From assembly GCA_030648435.1 (NCBI GenBank), contig JAUSHE010000008.1, positions 3,449 to 67,448 of the forward strand: DNA of 64,000 nucleotides, read 5' to 3'. Positions 29,484 to 39,693 of this stretch are shown piece by piece. Position 1 is the first letter of the stretch; the number at the start of each line of letters is the position of its first letter. Source of the DNA: Candidatus Daviesbacteria bacterium (GTDB lineage Bacteria; Patescibacteriota; Microgenomatia; Daviesbacterales; UBA10151). The notes beneath the pieces were generated by a model that searched no databases, was not told where the DNA came from, and saw only the letters and a list, made by a program, of their open reading frames with translations. The translations under genes were made by a program, and so were the position numbers.

Positions 29484-31190
29484 TTAGATATTAAACCATT
29501 TGGCAAAAGTTGTCCAGTCCCAGGTATTCACAATATCTTCTTTCGTAGCCCAGCCGCGCCTGGCTACCGAAACTCCATATTTCATATTCTGCATAGAAGA
29601 TTTCTCGTGGGCATCGGTATTAATAGAAAACTTAACCCCAAAACTTAATGCCTGTCTAACCAGATCGTCCCTCAAATCCAATCGGTTGGGGAAAGAATTT
29701 ATTTCCAAAACTTTTTTGTTCTCACCGGCAAATTTAAAAACTTTCTCCCAGTCAACTTCATAAGAATCCCGTTTGCCGATCAATCTTCCGGTTGGATGGC
29801 CTAAAACTTTTACATAAGGGCTACTTAAAGCTTTTAGGATTCTATTTGTCATAGCTTCTTTGGATAAATGAAAAGAAGAATGAATAGAAGCTACTGCAAA
29901 ATCCAGAAGTTCTAAGACTTCGTCAGGTAACCCCAGGCTCCCATCAGGTAAAATATCTACTTCGAGTAAATTTAGTACTCGAACACTTTTCTGCGAGGAA
30001 TTAATTTGTTCAATAATTTTTTTCTTTTTCAATATTTCACTTGCTACCTGCGCTGCGGTGTGACCTGATTGACTGGGCTGATGGTCAGTAATCCCAATGT
30101 ATTGATATCCCATTTTATGAGCCTGAGCAACTATTTCTTCGATGCTATTTACACCCATATCATGAGATGGCTTGCTGATAAAATCAGAATGCGTGTGCAA
30201 ATCTCCTTTTATATCTTTTAATTCAACTAAATCAGGCAAACTATTTTTTAGGGCAGCCTCAATTTCGCCTAAATCTTCCCTAATTTCCGGTGGGGGAGTC
30301 TGCATCCCAAGTTTTTTATATAACTCTTCTTCGCTACGGCATCCGGTAATATTTATCTTATTTTTCTTTGCAAATTCATTTAAATGGATATTATGGTTTT
30401 TTGAACCTGTAAAATGCTGCAGCAGAGTTCCATAGTTACCGGGGCTTTCAACCAAAAGATCCAGCTGTAATCCCGAATTCAATAAAACAGTGGCTTTGTT
30501 TTCTCCATGGTTTATTATTTTTGATGTGCCGGGCATTTTGCAAAAATAATCTACGGCTTTTTGAGGATTTCTCGAGGCAACAGCAAAATCTAAATCCCCT
30601 ACTGTCGCAACCATTCTCCGTAAAGATCCCAGAACATTAGCATTCTCTATATCAGGACATTTTTTAAGATATTCCAGCACTTTCTCCGCCTGAGCGTCTG
30701 CATATGGCAATGACATCCTGCCTGCAAAAATATCTAATTTTTTCCATTTCAGCACATCACTGATTTTTTTGGAAAGCTTCTCTGAAAAACCTGCACTAAC
30801 CAAAACACCATTCTCAATCATGGCTGAAAGATCATCTTTGCTTTTAACACCCAATTTAGCCAGGCTGAGAGCGGTCTTAGCACCAATTCCCGGAATATCC
30901 AGCAGTTCAAAAACTACCTCAGGAATACCTTTTTTTACATCATCCCAATGTTTAACTTTTCCTGTTTTAAAAAACTCATCAAGATGGGCCTTTAGCGACT
31001 CCCCTAAACCGGGAATATGATTAAGATTACCCTCCTGCCATAAATCAAAAATCTCAGTAGTTGAGTGTTCAATAGAATCTGCTGCATTCTCATAGGCACG
31101 GATTTGAAAAATATTACCCGTCTTGTTGAGGGTATACGCCACGGCTACACTTCGCAACATCCCAGCCAACTGTTGATTGGAGATTTCCAT
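29484..31190 (-). CDS. polX: DNA polymerase X with PHP domain
   Basis: GSLRR, GDLD, HFTGSK.HN, PHP motifs DLHTHS and TDAH. Confidence 0.93.
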   Translation of the reverse strand: MEISNQQLAGMLRSVAVAYTLNKTGNIFQIRAYENAADSIEHSTTEIFDLWQEGNLNHIPGLGESLKAHLDEFFKTGKVKHWDDVKKGIPEVVFELLDIPGIGAKTALSLAKLGVKSKDDLSAMIENGVLVSAGFSEKLSKKISDVLKWKKLDIFAGRMSLPYADAQAEKVLEYLKKCPDIENANVLGSLRRMVATVGDLDFAVASRNPQKAVDYFCKMPGTSKIINHGENKATVLLNSGLQLDLLVESPGNYGTLLQHFTGSKNHNIHLNEFAKKNKINITGCRSEEELYKKLGMQTPPPEIREDLGEIEAALKNSLPDLVELKDIKGDLHTHSDFISKPSHDMGVNSIEEIVAQAHKMGYQYIGITDHQPSQSGHTAAQVASEILKKKKIIEQINSSQKSVRVLNLLEVDILPDGSLGLPDEVLELLDFAVASIHSSFHLSKEAMTNRILKALSSPYVKVLGHPTGRLIGKRDSYEVDWEKVFKFAGENKKVLEINSFPNRLDLRDDLVRQALSFGVKFSINTDAHEKSSMQNMKYGVSVARRGWATKEDIVNTWDWTTFAKWFNI

Positions 31191-31191
31191 T

Positions 31192-31269
31192 TTATTTAAA
31201 ATTATAGTAACTTTTTTTTTCCAGGGCTTTAACAACTTGCTTACCGCTTACCTGGGGTATATTTGACAT
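31192..31269 (-). pseudogene. truncated HicA toxin
   Basis: MSNIPQVSGKQVVKALEKKSY then stop (25 aa), directly downstream of hicB. Confidence 0.75.
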
Positions 31270-31506
31270 TTATGCTGTAACTTGAACAGGTACAATAAAA
31301 CGATCCTTGTGAAGTGTGCCCTCGTTGAGCTTATCATTATCAGCATCTTCTAAATATAGCTCTGCAGATTCTTTAATATTTGCTATTGCCTTCTCTAAGG
31401 AGTCTCCCTGAGAAGCACAACCCGGAAGATCAGGAATCCAAACAGAATAACCACCATCTGGGTCTTTTTCAAAAACGGCATCATATTGCAGCACTTTTCT
31501 TTTCAT
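31270..31506 (-). CDS. hicB: HicB family antitoxin
   Basis: GGYSVWIPDLPGCASQGDSLEKA..NI.E. Confidence 0.92.
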   Translation of the reverse strand: MKRKVLQYDAVFEKDPDGGYSVWIPDLPGCASQGDSLEKAIANIKESAELYLEDADNDKLNEGTLHKDRFIVPVQVTA

Positions 31507-31616
31507 ATACTATCATTATAGTCTAAAAACATTCAAAAATCTACAACTCAGCTTCACGCTTTTACCCATACTTATAATTGAATACACAGGCTTTCTCTGC
31601 TAAAATATCTAGGTTT

Positions 31617-31693
31617 GGGGCCGTAGCTCAATTGGTTAGAGCGCCTGATTGTCAATCAGGAGGTCGCGGGTTCAAGTCCCGTCGGTCCCGCCA
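31617..31693 (+). tRNA. tRNA-Asp(GUC)
   Basis: Anticodon arm CCTGA-TTGTCAA-TCAGG; encoded CCA. Confidence 0.96.
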
Positions 31694-31771
31694 ATTTCCC
31701 CTCTTGACAAGAGAATCAATTTAGATTAAAAGTTAGATTGTAATTCTGCCTCCTGATCTGCCCACAAAAAA

Positions 31772-32356
31772 ATGGCTAAAAAAACTTCTGCAAATTATTT
31801 AGAGAAACTGGAAAGCGGAATTGAGTCAAATCAATCCAAAGTTAGTTTGGTTTTAGGCGCTTTAATTGTCTTAGTTATTGGTGTCTTAATTTTCAATTAC
31901 TTCAACCGCAGCAAATCTGATCTGGGACCTGCTCAACAAACATCCCAGGAAACCCAACAGGATGTTTCACCTGATCAACTTCCCGGTAAATACACTGTCA
32001 AAGAAGGGGATACACTATTTGTCATCGCAGAAAAATATTATACCGACGGGGAGAAGTTTTCCGAAATTGCCATTGCAAACAACTTAACGAATGCGGATCA
32101 GATTGCAACAGGACAGGTTATTGAACTACCTAAATTAACTGTCCAGGAGCCCTTGGGTACCGGCGGAGGCAATACTACAATATGGGGAGAAAAAATTGAT
32201 GGCAATACCTACACTGTAGTTGATGGAGACTGGCTCTCTACAATAGCGGGCAGGGCTTACGGAGACATAATGGCCTTTGATAAAATAGCCAAAGCAAACA
32301 ACATCTCAAATCCGGACATTATCGAACCGGGTACTGTCTTAAATTTACCCCGTTAA
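31772..32356 (+). CDS. membrane-anchored protein with two LysM domains
   Basis: YTVKEGDTL..IA and YTVVDGDWLSTIA. Confidence 0.93.
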   Translation: MAKKTSANYLEKLESGIESNQSKVSLVLGALIVLVIGVLIFNYFNRSKSDLGPAQQTSQETQQDVSPDQLPGKYTVKEGDTLFVIAEKYYTDGEKFSEIAIANNLTNADQIATGQVIELPKLTVQEPLGTGGGNTTIWGEKIDGNTYTVVDGDWLSTIAGRAYGDIMAFDKIAKANNISNPDIIEPGTVLNLPR

Positions 32357-32485
32357 TTTTGTATACTAGTTAGGTGATCAAAAGGAACTGGCTTACTTTA
32401 TTCTTCCTTTTTATTTTAATTTTAAATGTTGACCAGGGAAACCAAATAGCCACTCAAGGTTTGGCAGAATCATCTAAATAATATT

Positions 32486-32514
32486 TAGCCTCGCAAGGGG
32501 ACGCCTTGCAGCAC
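32486..32514. repeat. REP-like hairpin copy 7 (intergenic)
   Basis: TAGCCT-CGCAAGG GGACG CCTTGCA-GCAC. Confidence 0.88.
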
Positions 32515-32522
32515 AATACTAT

Positions 32523-32565
32523 CACTGAGCTACTCCGGCACACACTTATTCTTCAGAAGGCAGGA
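32523..32565. repeat. diverged duplicate of tRNA-Thr 5' end plus the 3' end of the Zn-ribbon gene
   Basis: CACTGAGCTACTCCGGCACA resembles 33618-33637; TTATTCTTCAGAAGGCAGGA resembles 33694-33713. Confidence 0.75.
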
Positions 32566-32591
32566 TTAATAAACTACTGCAGGATTCAATC

Positions 32592-32915
32592 ATGGGAATG
32601 AATTTATCCGATATTCACCCCGACTTACCAAGCGGAATTATAGAAATTCAGGAAGGTTATATGAAGTCAGTGACTATAGACGGCACAAATTGTTATCTAA
32701 GCGGCAGGTTTGATATTTTAAGCAAACTTGATGATGGAACTTACGCAATTATAGACTTTAAAATAACCACTCCGGATGAGGAAAAAATACAAAAATATGC
32801 CAACCAATTACATGCCTATAAATTTGCCTTGGAAAACCCGGCAGACGGAGAACCGATTAAAATCTCAAAAATGGGTATTGTCAGTATAAATCCTAATGAA
32901 TTTTTGCTATATTGA
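32592..32915 (+). pseudogene. PD-(D/E)XK nuclease fragment
   Basis: GRFDIL...YAIIDFK...QL..Y; appears truncated at both ends. Confidence 0.7.
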
Positions 32916-32988
32916 ATTTTACTTCGGCAGTTTGTATATTTATAGATGAACTCAGATCTGGTTTGACCCCACACCTCAAGGAAAATTT

Positions 32989-33562
32989 ATGTTAACTATT
33001 GCCTTCGGGCAAAGTAAATACTTCGTGGACTCGCTGTCGGAAAATACCAAAAGAGGTTTACGCCAAAAAGTTAAACACGGCGAAATGCCTGGCCTTGCTC
33101 CTTTTGGATACTTAAACATCTTAACCGCTGATAGGAGAAAAATTATTATTGTAGATAAAAAGCGTGCTCTTCTTGTCCGCCAAGCTTTTGAAATGTTTGC
33201 TACTGGTAAATACCGAATATTAGACATACGGGACTTTTTGGCGAAAAATGGTATTTTCACCCGCGGTGGTAAAAAATGGCCAATAAACCAAGTAACTAAA
33301 CATATACTGACAAATCCTTTCTATTATATCCATTTTAAATTTTTAGGCGAGATCCACGAAGGGGTTCATGAGCCAATGAAAAACTGGATAGTGGAAGCCG
33401 CCACGGCGGCTAATACCGCAAGGGGGGAAGACATGGAAGCAAAAAAGGTACTTGCACAAAAAATCTTCGGCTCGAACCTCAAGCTCACCGACAAAATAGT
33501 TTGCTGCAAAGCGCTAAACCAATGGGCGGCGCTCTGCGCCGCCCCGCTTACTCGGGGATGGG
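32989..33562 (+). pseudogene. large serine recombinase remnant reading into tRNA-Thr
   Basis: SLSENTKRGL, APFGYLN, ILTNPFY, GVHEP fused directly to the C-terminal IFGSNL; catalytic N-terminus and middle missing. Confidence 0.8.
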
Positions 33563-33634
33563 AGCCGAAGGTGGGAATCGAACCCACGACCTACGGTTTA
33601 CGATACCGCCGCTCTACCACTGAGCTACTTCGGC
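33563..33634 (-). tRNA. tRNA-Thr(CGU)
   Basis: Acceptor GCCGAAG/CTTCGGC; anticodon arm GCGGT-ATCGTAA-ACCGT. Confidence 0.93.
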
Positions 33635-33693
33635 ACAACACATATCACAAATGTATCTTACCAAAGTTGAATCAAGGATTCTATCCAAGTAGC

Positions 33694-34224
33694 TTATTCT
33701 TCAGGAGGTAGGAATTCTTCACCGGCGCTACTTTTTGGTTCTTCGCCGGGTTTGAGCCACTGAATATAGGTACATCCCGTGGCAACTCTTTTTTCCCTAT
33801 CCCAACCAGCAGTCGAGCACTTCTTCATCTTTTTTCCACTGGATGTAGTAAATAAAATTAAACTTTCGCTACAATCAGGACATTTTTCTTCTAGAGTTTC
33901 GATTATACCATTAATCCATTCTACATAGTCACAACCTGTCGCCTGTTTAGTTTCTTTATCCCAACCGCCCCTTGAACATTTTTTCATTTTTTTACCAAAA
34001 CGTGTTGTTTGTAAAATTAATGCAGAATCGCATTTGGGACATTTTTCATCTAATTCCTTAGGTTCAACCAATAGCCACTTTACGAAGCCGCAACCTTCAT
34101 TCTGCTTCGTTTGCGGATTCCAGGAACCCATACTACATCTTTGCAGTTTCTTGCCAGTTTTTGTCTCTATTGGATCGCCTAAAGGAGAACTACATTTTGG
34201 GCAAACATCACTAAAATCTGACAT
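33694..34224 (-). CDS. topoisomerase C4 zinc-ribbon repeat protein
   Basis: Three CPxC...CS...GC.Y/F.W repeats. Confidence 0.85.
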   Translation of the reverse strand: MSDFSDVCPKCSSPLGDPIETKTGKKLQRCSMGSWNPQTKQNEGCGFVKWLLVEPKELDEKCPKCDSALILQTTRFGKKMKKCSRGGWDKETKQATGCDYVEWINGIIETLEEKCPDCSESLILFTTSSGKKMKKCSTAGWDREKRVATGCTYIQWLKPGEEPKSSAGEEFLPPEE

Positions 34225-34267
34225 CGTATAACATTACCACGTTTAGTTTTTAAACAAAAGTAGGAAT

Positions 34268-34341
34268 TGGAGCAGGGTACGAGAATTGAACTCGCTTCTC
34301 TACCTTGGGAAGGTAGCATACTACCGGTGTACTAACCCTGC
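34268..34341 (-). tRNA. tRNA-Gly(CCC)
   Basis: Anticodon arm CTACC-TTCCCAA-GGTAG; encoded CCA. Confidence 0.94.
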
Positions 34342-34381
34342 AAGCTCACATTATTTTACCAGATTTTGGTATACTCATGAT

Positions 34382-35113
34382 ATGAGATATAAATATCACT
34401 CCAGAAGGGCAGCAAAAAGGTTGGCCAGCAAAAGCCGACGGAACTTTATCATTACCCTAATAATTATAGCTATTCTTATCTACTCCACTATTACCTGGGT
34501 GCTCCCTTCTTTTATCGGCGGATTGGGTTTTATTAAAAATATTGTGAGTCCTCCTAAAAAAACTGTTATCAGGTCTTCAGAAAATGCCAATCTGGCTCCC
34601 CCTGTCTTAAATATCCCTTATGAAGCTACTTATTCCGCCCGGATTAATATCGCGGGCTTTTCTACTCCCGATACTAAAGTTAAGTTGTATTTGGATGATG
34701 AGGACAAGCAGACGATTGACGTCTTATCTGACGGCAGTTTTACTTTTGAAGATATTTCCTTAAGTCTGGGAACAAATAATATTTATGGAACAACGCTGGA
34801 TAATGAAAACAAGCAAAGCCTGCCTTCCAAAACTATCAAATTAATTTATGATAATGAAAAACCCATTCTTTCTATCAACGAACCTGAGGATAATAAAAAG
34901 ATCCAAGGCGGTGACAAAAAGGTGAAGATTTCCGGCACCATCGAACCAGGCGCAAAAGTTTATATTAACAGCGCCCAAATAATTGTCGGCAAAGAAGGTA
35001 ATTTTAGTACAGATCAACCCGTAAATGACGGTGATAATGATATTATTATTAAAGCAGTCGATATAGCACTAAATTCTACCGAAATACAAAGAAGGGTAAA
35101 TTATGCTCCATAA
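34382..35113 (+). CDS. membrane-anchored protein with Ig-like domains
   Basis: TM, then two G.TEP...DG.F....L..G.N.I repeats; start at MRYKY after TATACT. Confidence 0.8.
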   Translation: MRYKYHSRRAAKRLASKSRRNFIITLIIIAILIYSTITWVLPSFIGGLGFIKNIVSPPKKTVIRSSENANLAPPVLNIPYEATYSARINIAGFSTPDTKVKLYLDDEDKQTIDVLSDGSFTFEDISLSLGTNNIYGTTLDNENKQSLPSKTIKLIYDNEKPILSINEPEDNKKIQGGDKKVKISGTIEPGAKVYINSAQIIVGKEGNFSTDQPVNDGDNDIIIKAVDIALNSTEIQRRVNYAP

Positions 35114-35115
35114 AC

Positions 35116-36150
35116 TTAACTAACCCAATAACCCGTTACAAACATCACGCTAAAGATACCCAGCAACATCAAAGAAATAACCTGAAAAAACAAAACAAAA
35201 TATTGATTCTTAACAAAAGCCATTAAAATAAAAATCGGAAATACCGGCAGTAGAAACCTGGGGCTGGAAGTTAATGTTGGAGTAAAAAGCGGAATCACAA
35301 CTGAAAGCAAACCATATATGGCATATACGGAAGGCAAAAATCTAAAAGCCCTGATGGCAAACCCCAGACCGAAAATCGCAAAGCCCAAATCCAATATGCC
35401 GGTGGGCATATTTTTTAATGCTTCCCAAAAGCCCACACCCGGAGCCACCAAGATCCGCTGCCAGTGATTTTCGGCCGTAATAAAATAAAACGGATCGCCT
35501 GTTTGTCTGTACAAAAATATACTGTAAATAACAAAACCCAAAATAGCAAAGAAAACATACCAATTTTTTCTGTTTATACCATCTTTTCCCAAAACGTCTA
35601 TGATAACCGCAGCCGCAACCGCCAAACCAACTAACCTGGTTGCTGATGCCAAACTTGCAAAAACTACAGCCCAAAATAATTTATTTTTCCTTAAGAAGTA
35701 AAAGGTCAGTACTGTCAGCAGGAAGAAAAGCCCCTCAGAGTAGGCTGTGAGAAAAAAGAAGGAGGTGGGAAAAAACAGTAATACGATCACAGCTTTTTCA
35801 GCAATTTGTTTTTTGAAATCAGACTGTACTAATTTGCAAAAATAATGCAGCCCTAAAAATGTCGAGCCCACACTTATGAAAATGGCAGATATTAAATAAT
35901 TATTAATTATTTTATTTAATACATTTATTAGTAACGGATAAAACGGAAAAAAAGCATATTGAAACTTCTCACTATAACCCTTTTCTGCAATTCCTAAAAA
36001 ATGCCCTCCGTCCCAATTTGCCAAATTGGAGAAAAAATTGTTACTGAATTTTCCTGAATGGGGTAGGGTAGAAAAACCAAAATATGAAACCAGTAAAACT
36101 GATACTAACCAGATGATGAAAATTTTATTGATATTAGGATATAATTTCAC
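35116..36150 (-). CDS. GT-C mannosyltransferase (PIG-V-like)
   Basis: NWDGGHFL.IA..GY, AFFPFYP, YSEGLF. Confidence 0.88.
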   Translation of the reverse strand: MKLYPNINKIFIIWLVSVLLVSYFGFSTLPHSGKFSNNFFSNLANWDGGHFLGIAEKGYSEKFQYAFFPFYPLLINVLNKIINNYLISAIFISVGSTFLGLHYFCKLVQSDFKKQIAEKAVIVLLFFPTSFFFLTAYSEGLFFLLTVLTFYFLRKNKLFWAVVFASLASATRLVGLAVAAAVIIDVLGKDGINRKNWYVFFAILGFVIYSIFLYRQTGDPFYFITAENHWQRILVAPGVGFWEALKNMPTGILDLGFAIFGLGFAIRAFRFLPSVYAIYGLLSVVIPLFTPTLTSSPRFLLPVFPIFILMAFVKNQYFVLFFQVISLMLLGIFSVMFVTGYWVS

Positions 36151-36152
36151 TT

Positions 36153-37265
36153 ATGACCCTTTTGGTTCCGATTTTAGCATTTGCTCTGACCTCCGGTCAA
36201 TTAATCAGACTTCCCTTTCTGGGGGGGGGAGTCACCCTTCTTGATCTAACAGTTGCAGTTTTGTCAGTCTATGGACTTATTAAACTAAAATTGAAATTGA
36301 AAAATCCGCCCTTTTTAAAGCCAGCTTTATGCTTTATTCTGATCGCTTTATTCTCTCTTCTGCTCACCCCACTGCGCTTGACACTCCCTGAATACTTGGT
36401 AAGTTTTTCTTACATTGCCAGATTGTTTCTTTATGTGCTATTTGGCTGGGTAGTATATTCGGGAAGTTTTTTAGATACAAGGAAAGCATTTCTTCTATCG
36501 GGCATGTCTTTTGCTGTTTTGGGGCTATTGCAGTTTGCATTCTTTCCTGATTTGTATTTTCTAAAACTGGCCGGCTGGGATCCTCACTATTTCCGGACTG
36601 TTTCCACTTTTCTGGATCCAAACTTTGCCGGAGCATTTTTAGTCTTAACCATGATTTTATCATTCAAGGAAAAGAATAAAAAAATATCTATATTTATTTT
36701 TGCATTACTTTATATTGCACTTTTTACTACTTTTTCCCGCAGTAGTTATCTGATGTTTTTGGTATCAGGTTTAACTTTTTTCTTTCTTAATAAATCAAAA
36801 AAATATTTGCTTTTAACTTTAGTACTTTTCGCTTTCCTTCTTTTTGGTTTTCAAATATATTCAAAACTAGTTGCAGCACCCCGCAATATCAACAGGGAGC
36901 AGTCTGCATCATTTCGTCTTAATACCTGGCAGCAGGGGCTTGACCTGTTTAAGAAGTCTCCTGTTTTAGGGATAGGATTTAATGCATACCGCTACGGCAT
37001 AAAAAAATACAATCTGGGAGATCAGCAGTTTCTGGACAGCCACGGATCATCCGGCAATGATTCTTCTTTATTATTTGTTGCCTCAACTACCGGAATAATT
37101 GGTTTCTTAGTCTATTTATATTTTCTATTTTCCTTAATGAAAAGCAGTAAAATAATTACTGCGGCAATCTTAGGGCTAATCGTTCACTCCTTTTTCAGCA
37201 ATAGTTTATTTTACCCGCCAATTTTAGCCTGGATATTGATTATGTCCGTAGTCCCCAAAAAGTAA
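36153..37265 (+). CDS. O-antigen ligase/polymerase family protein
   Basis: R..STFLDPN, TFSRSS, R...W......P.LGIG. Confidence 0.88.
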   Translation: MTLLVPILAFALTSGQLIRLPFLGGGVTLLDLTVAVLSVYGLIKLKLKLKNPPFLKPALCFILIALFSLLLTPLRLTLPEYLVSFSYIARLFLYVLFGWVVYSGSFLDTRKAFLLSGMSFAVLGLLQFAFFPDLYFLKLAGWDPHYFRTVSTFLDPNFAGAFLVLTMILSFKEKNKKISIFIFALLYIALFTTFSRSSYLMFLVSGLTFFFLNKSKKYLLLTLVLFAFLLFGFQIYSKLVAAPRNINREQSASFRLNTWQQGLDLFKKSPVLGIGFNAYRYGIKKYNLGDQQFLDSHGSSGNDSSLLFVASTTGIIGFLVYLYFLFSLMKSSKIITAAILGLIVHSFFSNSLFYPPILAWILIMSVVPKK

Positions 37266-38205
37266 CTTTCTTATCTGTTAAAAAACCTTCAATATAGCCG
37301 TCACTAACTTTTCTATTCTTCTGTATTGCCCTTCTCTGATTGAGTAGGCTTGGCAGATGATACAATAACCAAAGTTTTGTCAGAACCGGAGGCCAAATGT
37401 ATCCGTTTTTCAGTTGGTAAAAAATAGTATTCAGAAAAACCAGAATAATTTTTAACCATCTCCATTTTTTAAATAAAACACCAACCGGAAAATCTTTAAT
37501 AATTGTTTGCATCATATTTCTAAATTGCCAATATTCAATGTGCTGCGGTTTTTTCCCGGCTGTTGCCTTATGTTTGTGGTAAACAATTGCCATAGGGCAA
37601 AAGATTGACTTATATCCCAAAAATTGCGCCCGAAAGGCAAAATCAACCTCCTCTGAATACATAAAATAACCTTCATCAAACCCCCCTACTTTAATAAAAT
37701 CTTCCCGACGGAAGAGAGACGCTCCCCCTGTTGCTCCAAAAATATACTCTTCCTTATCAAACTGCCCGTGATCTTTTTCCTGCCAACCGATCGAACGGGC
37801 CTGCCCTACTTCATTTATCTCGATCCCTACTCCGTCAATTATTTTTTTATCATAAAAATTTAGTAACCTGGGATTTACGGAAATTACTTCCGGGTGAGAA
37901 TCGGCGCATGTTATTAAACTTTTTACAAAATCTTTATCTGATTCTGTGTCGTTATTCAACAAAATCACATACTCAGTATTTGAAATTTTTACGCCTTCAT
38001 TTATTGCCCGGGCGAAACCAAAATTATTTTTTAATTTAACTAATCTAACTTTGGGATAATTTTTTTTTAAAAAATCTATCGAGTCATCAGTAGATCCATT
38101 ATCTACAAGAATTATCTCAGCCGGTTGGTTTTCTAGCGAATCCAAACAATCTTTCAGCAATTCTTTGCCGTTCCAGTTGGGGATAATTACTGAAACTTTT
38201 TTCAT
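37240..38205 (-). CDS. glycosyltransferase family 2
   Basis: VIIPNWNG, DNGSTD, LLNNDT, YSEEVD. Confidence 0.93.
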   Translation of the reverse strand: MKKVSVIIPNWNGKELLKDCLDSLENQPAEIILVDNGSTDDSIDFLKKNYPKVRLVKLKNNFGFARAINEGVKISNTEYVILLNNDTESDKDFVKSLITCADSHPEVISVNPRLLNFYDKKIIDGVGIEINEVGQARSIGWQEKDHGQFDKEEYIFGATGGASLFRREDFIKVGGFDEGYFMYSEEVDFAFRAQFLGYKSIFCPMAIVYHKHKATAGKKPQHIEYWQFRNMMQTIIKDFPVGVLFKKWRWLKIILVFLNTIFYQLKNGYIWPPVLTKLWLLYHLPSLLNQRRAIQKNRKVSDGYIEGFLTDKKVTFWGLRT

Positions 38206-39425
38206 CTGAAGATCTTCTTTGTAATCAGATTATAAAATATTATAAAAGAAAGGGCATCTGAGACAACTGTAATCCAAGATGCTGCTATAAATCCAAATTT
38301 AGGGATAAAAAGAATATTTAAAATAATATTAAATGCTACTGTAAAAAGGGAAAGCACTATGACGTTTTTCAGATATTTTTCTGATGAAAATAATACCTGC
38401 ACCCCGGGGGTTGCAAGAAATATAAACGGGATTGAGAGTGAAAGAATCCTGACTGCCTCAATGGCCTGAAGATAATTTGGCAAAAAGATTTTAATTACTT
38501 CCGGTAATATTAAAAGGTAAGCAAAAAATAATATCATTCCAGCCGCACCCATTAGTTTAAGGCTTTTAAAATACAGCTTTTTCATCTCATCTGTATTTTC
38601 ACCATGTAATCTTGCCAAAGCAGGAAACAACGCCATAGCAAAAGCTCCGGGGATAAATATTATTGCCTCCAAAAACCTATAAGCCGCCCCATATATACCT
38701 GTTTCGAAATTCCCCCTCATATACGATAACAAAACTGCATCTACTCTAAAATAGAGTAGTCCTAAAATTCCCAGTAGCCCATAGGGTAGCGACCCGATGA
38801 TAATTTTTTTAATGATAGAAAGCCGGACAGCGGATAGAATTAACTGTTTATATTTATACAAAAATACCAGCAGGGCTAACGCATAAATTACCTGTCCGAA
38901 AATCAAAGCATTTACTGCGCCAAAAGTACCAAAGCCGTTGTTTATTAAAATAAAACCAAATAACGCAGTTGCCAAAGAAGAGATAAAAAGGGAGGCAGCA
39001 GAAAATTGCAACTTTTGAATCGCCACAAAAACCGCATCAAAAGTTAAAGCAATGGCTTGGGGTAAAATTGCCAGAGTTGCCAGAAGTATCAAACTGACCC
39101 GCATTTTGTCGGCATCAAATAAATATAAAATTACTGAGAATACGGCAAATAAAACAGAGGTTAAAGTAACCCTGAGAATACTTATATTCCAAAGCAATTC
39201 AGAAACTTTCGACCGGTCCAGGGCAACTTCCCTGATCAAAAACCGGTTAAACCCTAAATCGGCAACAGATGAAATAATGGAAAAATAAGCCAGCGCAACA
39301 GTAAGTAAACCGAAATCGGCAACCCCAAAAGACCTGGCCAAATAAATGGTATAAAAAAAACCAACTATCCGTGTTAGACTCTGTGCCAAAAACAACCAGG
39401 AAGTCTGTTTTAAAATATTCCTCAT
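38202..39425 (-). CDS. polysaccharide flippase (Wzx-like)
   Basis: About 12 TMs; DLG...REV, D.VLL, G.Y.AA. Confidence 0.9.
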   Translation of the reverse strand: MRNILKQTSWLFLAQSLTRIVGFFYTIYLARSFGVADFGLLTVALAYFSIISSVADLGFNRFLIREVALDRSKVSELLWNISILRVTLTSVLFAVFSVILYLFDADKMRVSLILLATLAILPQAIALTFDAVFVAIQKLQFSAASLFISSLATALFGFILINNGFGTFGAVNALIFGQVIYALALLVFLYKYKQLILSAVRLSIIKKIIIGSLPYGLLGILGLLYFRVDAVLLSYMRGNFETGIYGAAYRFLEAIIFIPGAFAMALFPALARLHGENTDEMKKLYFKSLKLMGAAGMILFFAYLLILPEVIKIFLPNYLQAIEAVRILSLSIPFIFLATPGVQVLFSSEKYLKNVIVLSLFTVAFNIILNILFIPKFGFIAASWITVVSDALSFIIFYNLITKKIFR

Positions 39426-39462
39426 TCTTTCATTATACCTAATCTGCTAAAATGTGCATTAA

Positions 39463-39534
39463 GGACGGATAGCTCAGCGGTAGAGCGCTGCATTCACATT
39501 GCAGATGCCGGGGGTTCAAATCCCTCTCCGTCCA
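39463..39534 (+). tRNA. tRNA-Val(CAC)
   Basis: Acceptor GGACGGA/TCCGTCC; anticodon arm CTGCA-TTCACAT-TGCAG. Confidence 0.94.
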
Positions 39535-39693
39535 CTTTTTGGGCTTTTTATCTTTACCGACCGGCCTCGCGATAAACTGTCGGCTCGAACACGTCCTGCA
39601 CCAAACGATGCGGGACTTCAAAAAACGCAAAAATTTTAAAGAACTTTTCAAAATTAAATATACAGATTAGAAAATTAATTTGCAATAGTGCTG

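Noticed and set aside
39439-39651. 70-aa ORF
   Set aside because: Overlaps tRNA-Val antisense; typical spurious translation
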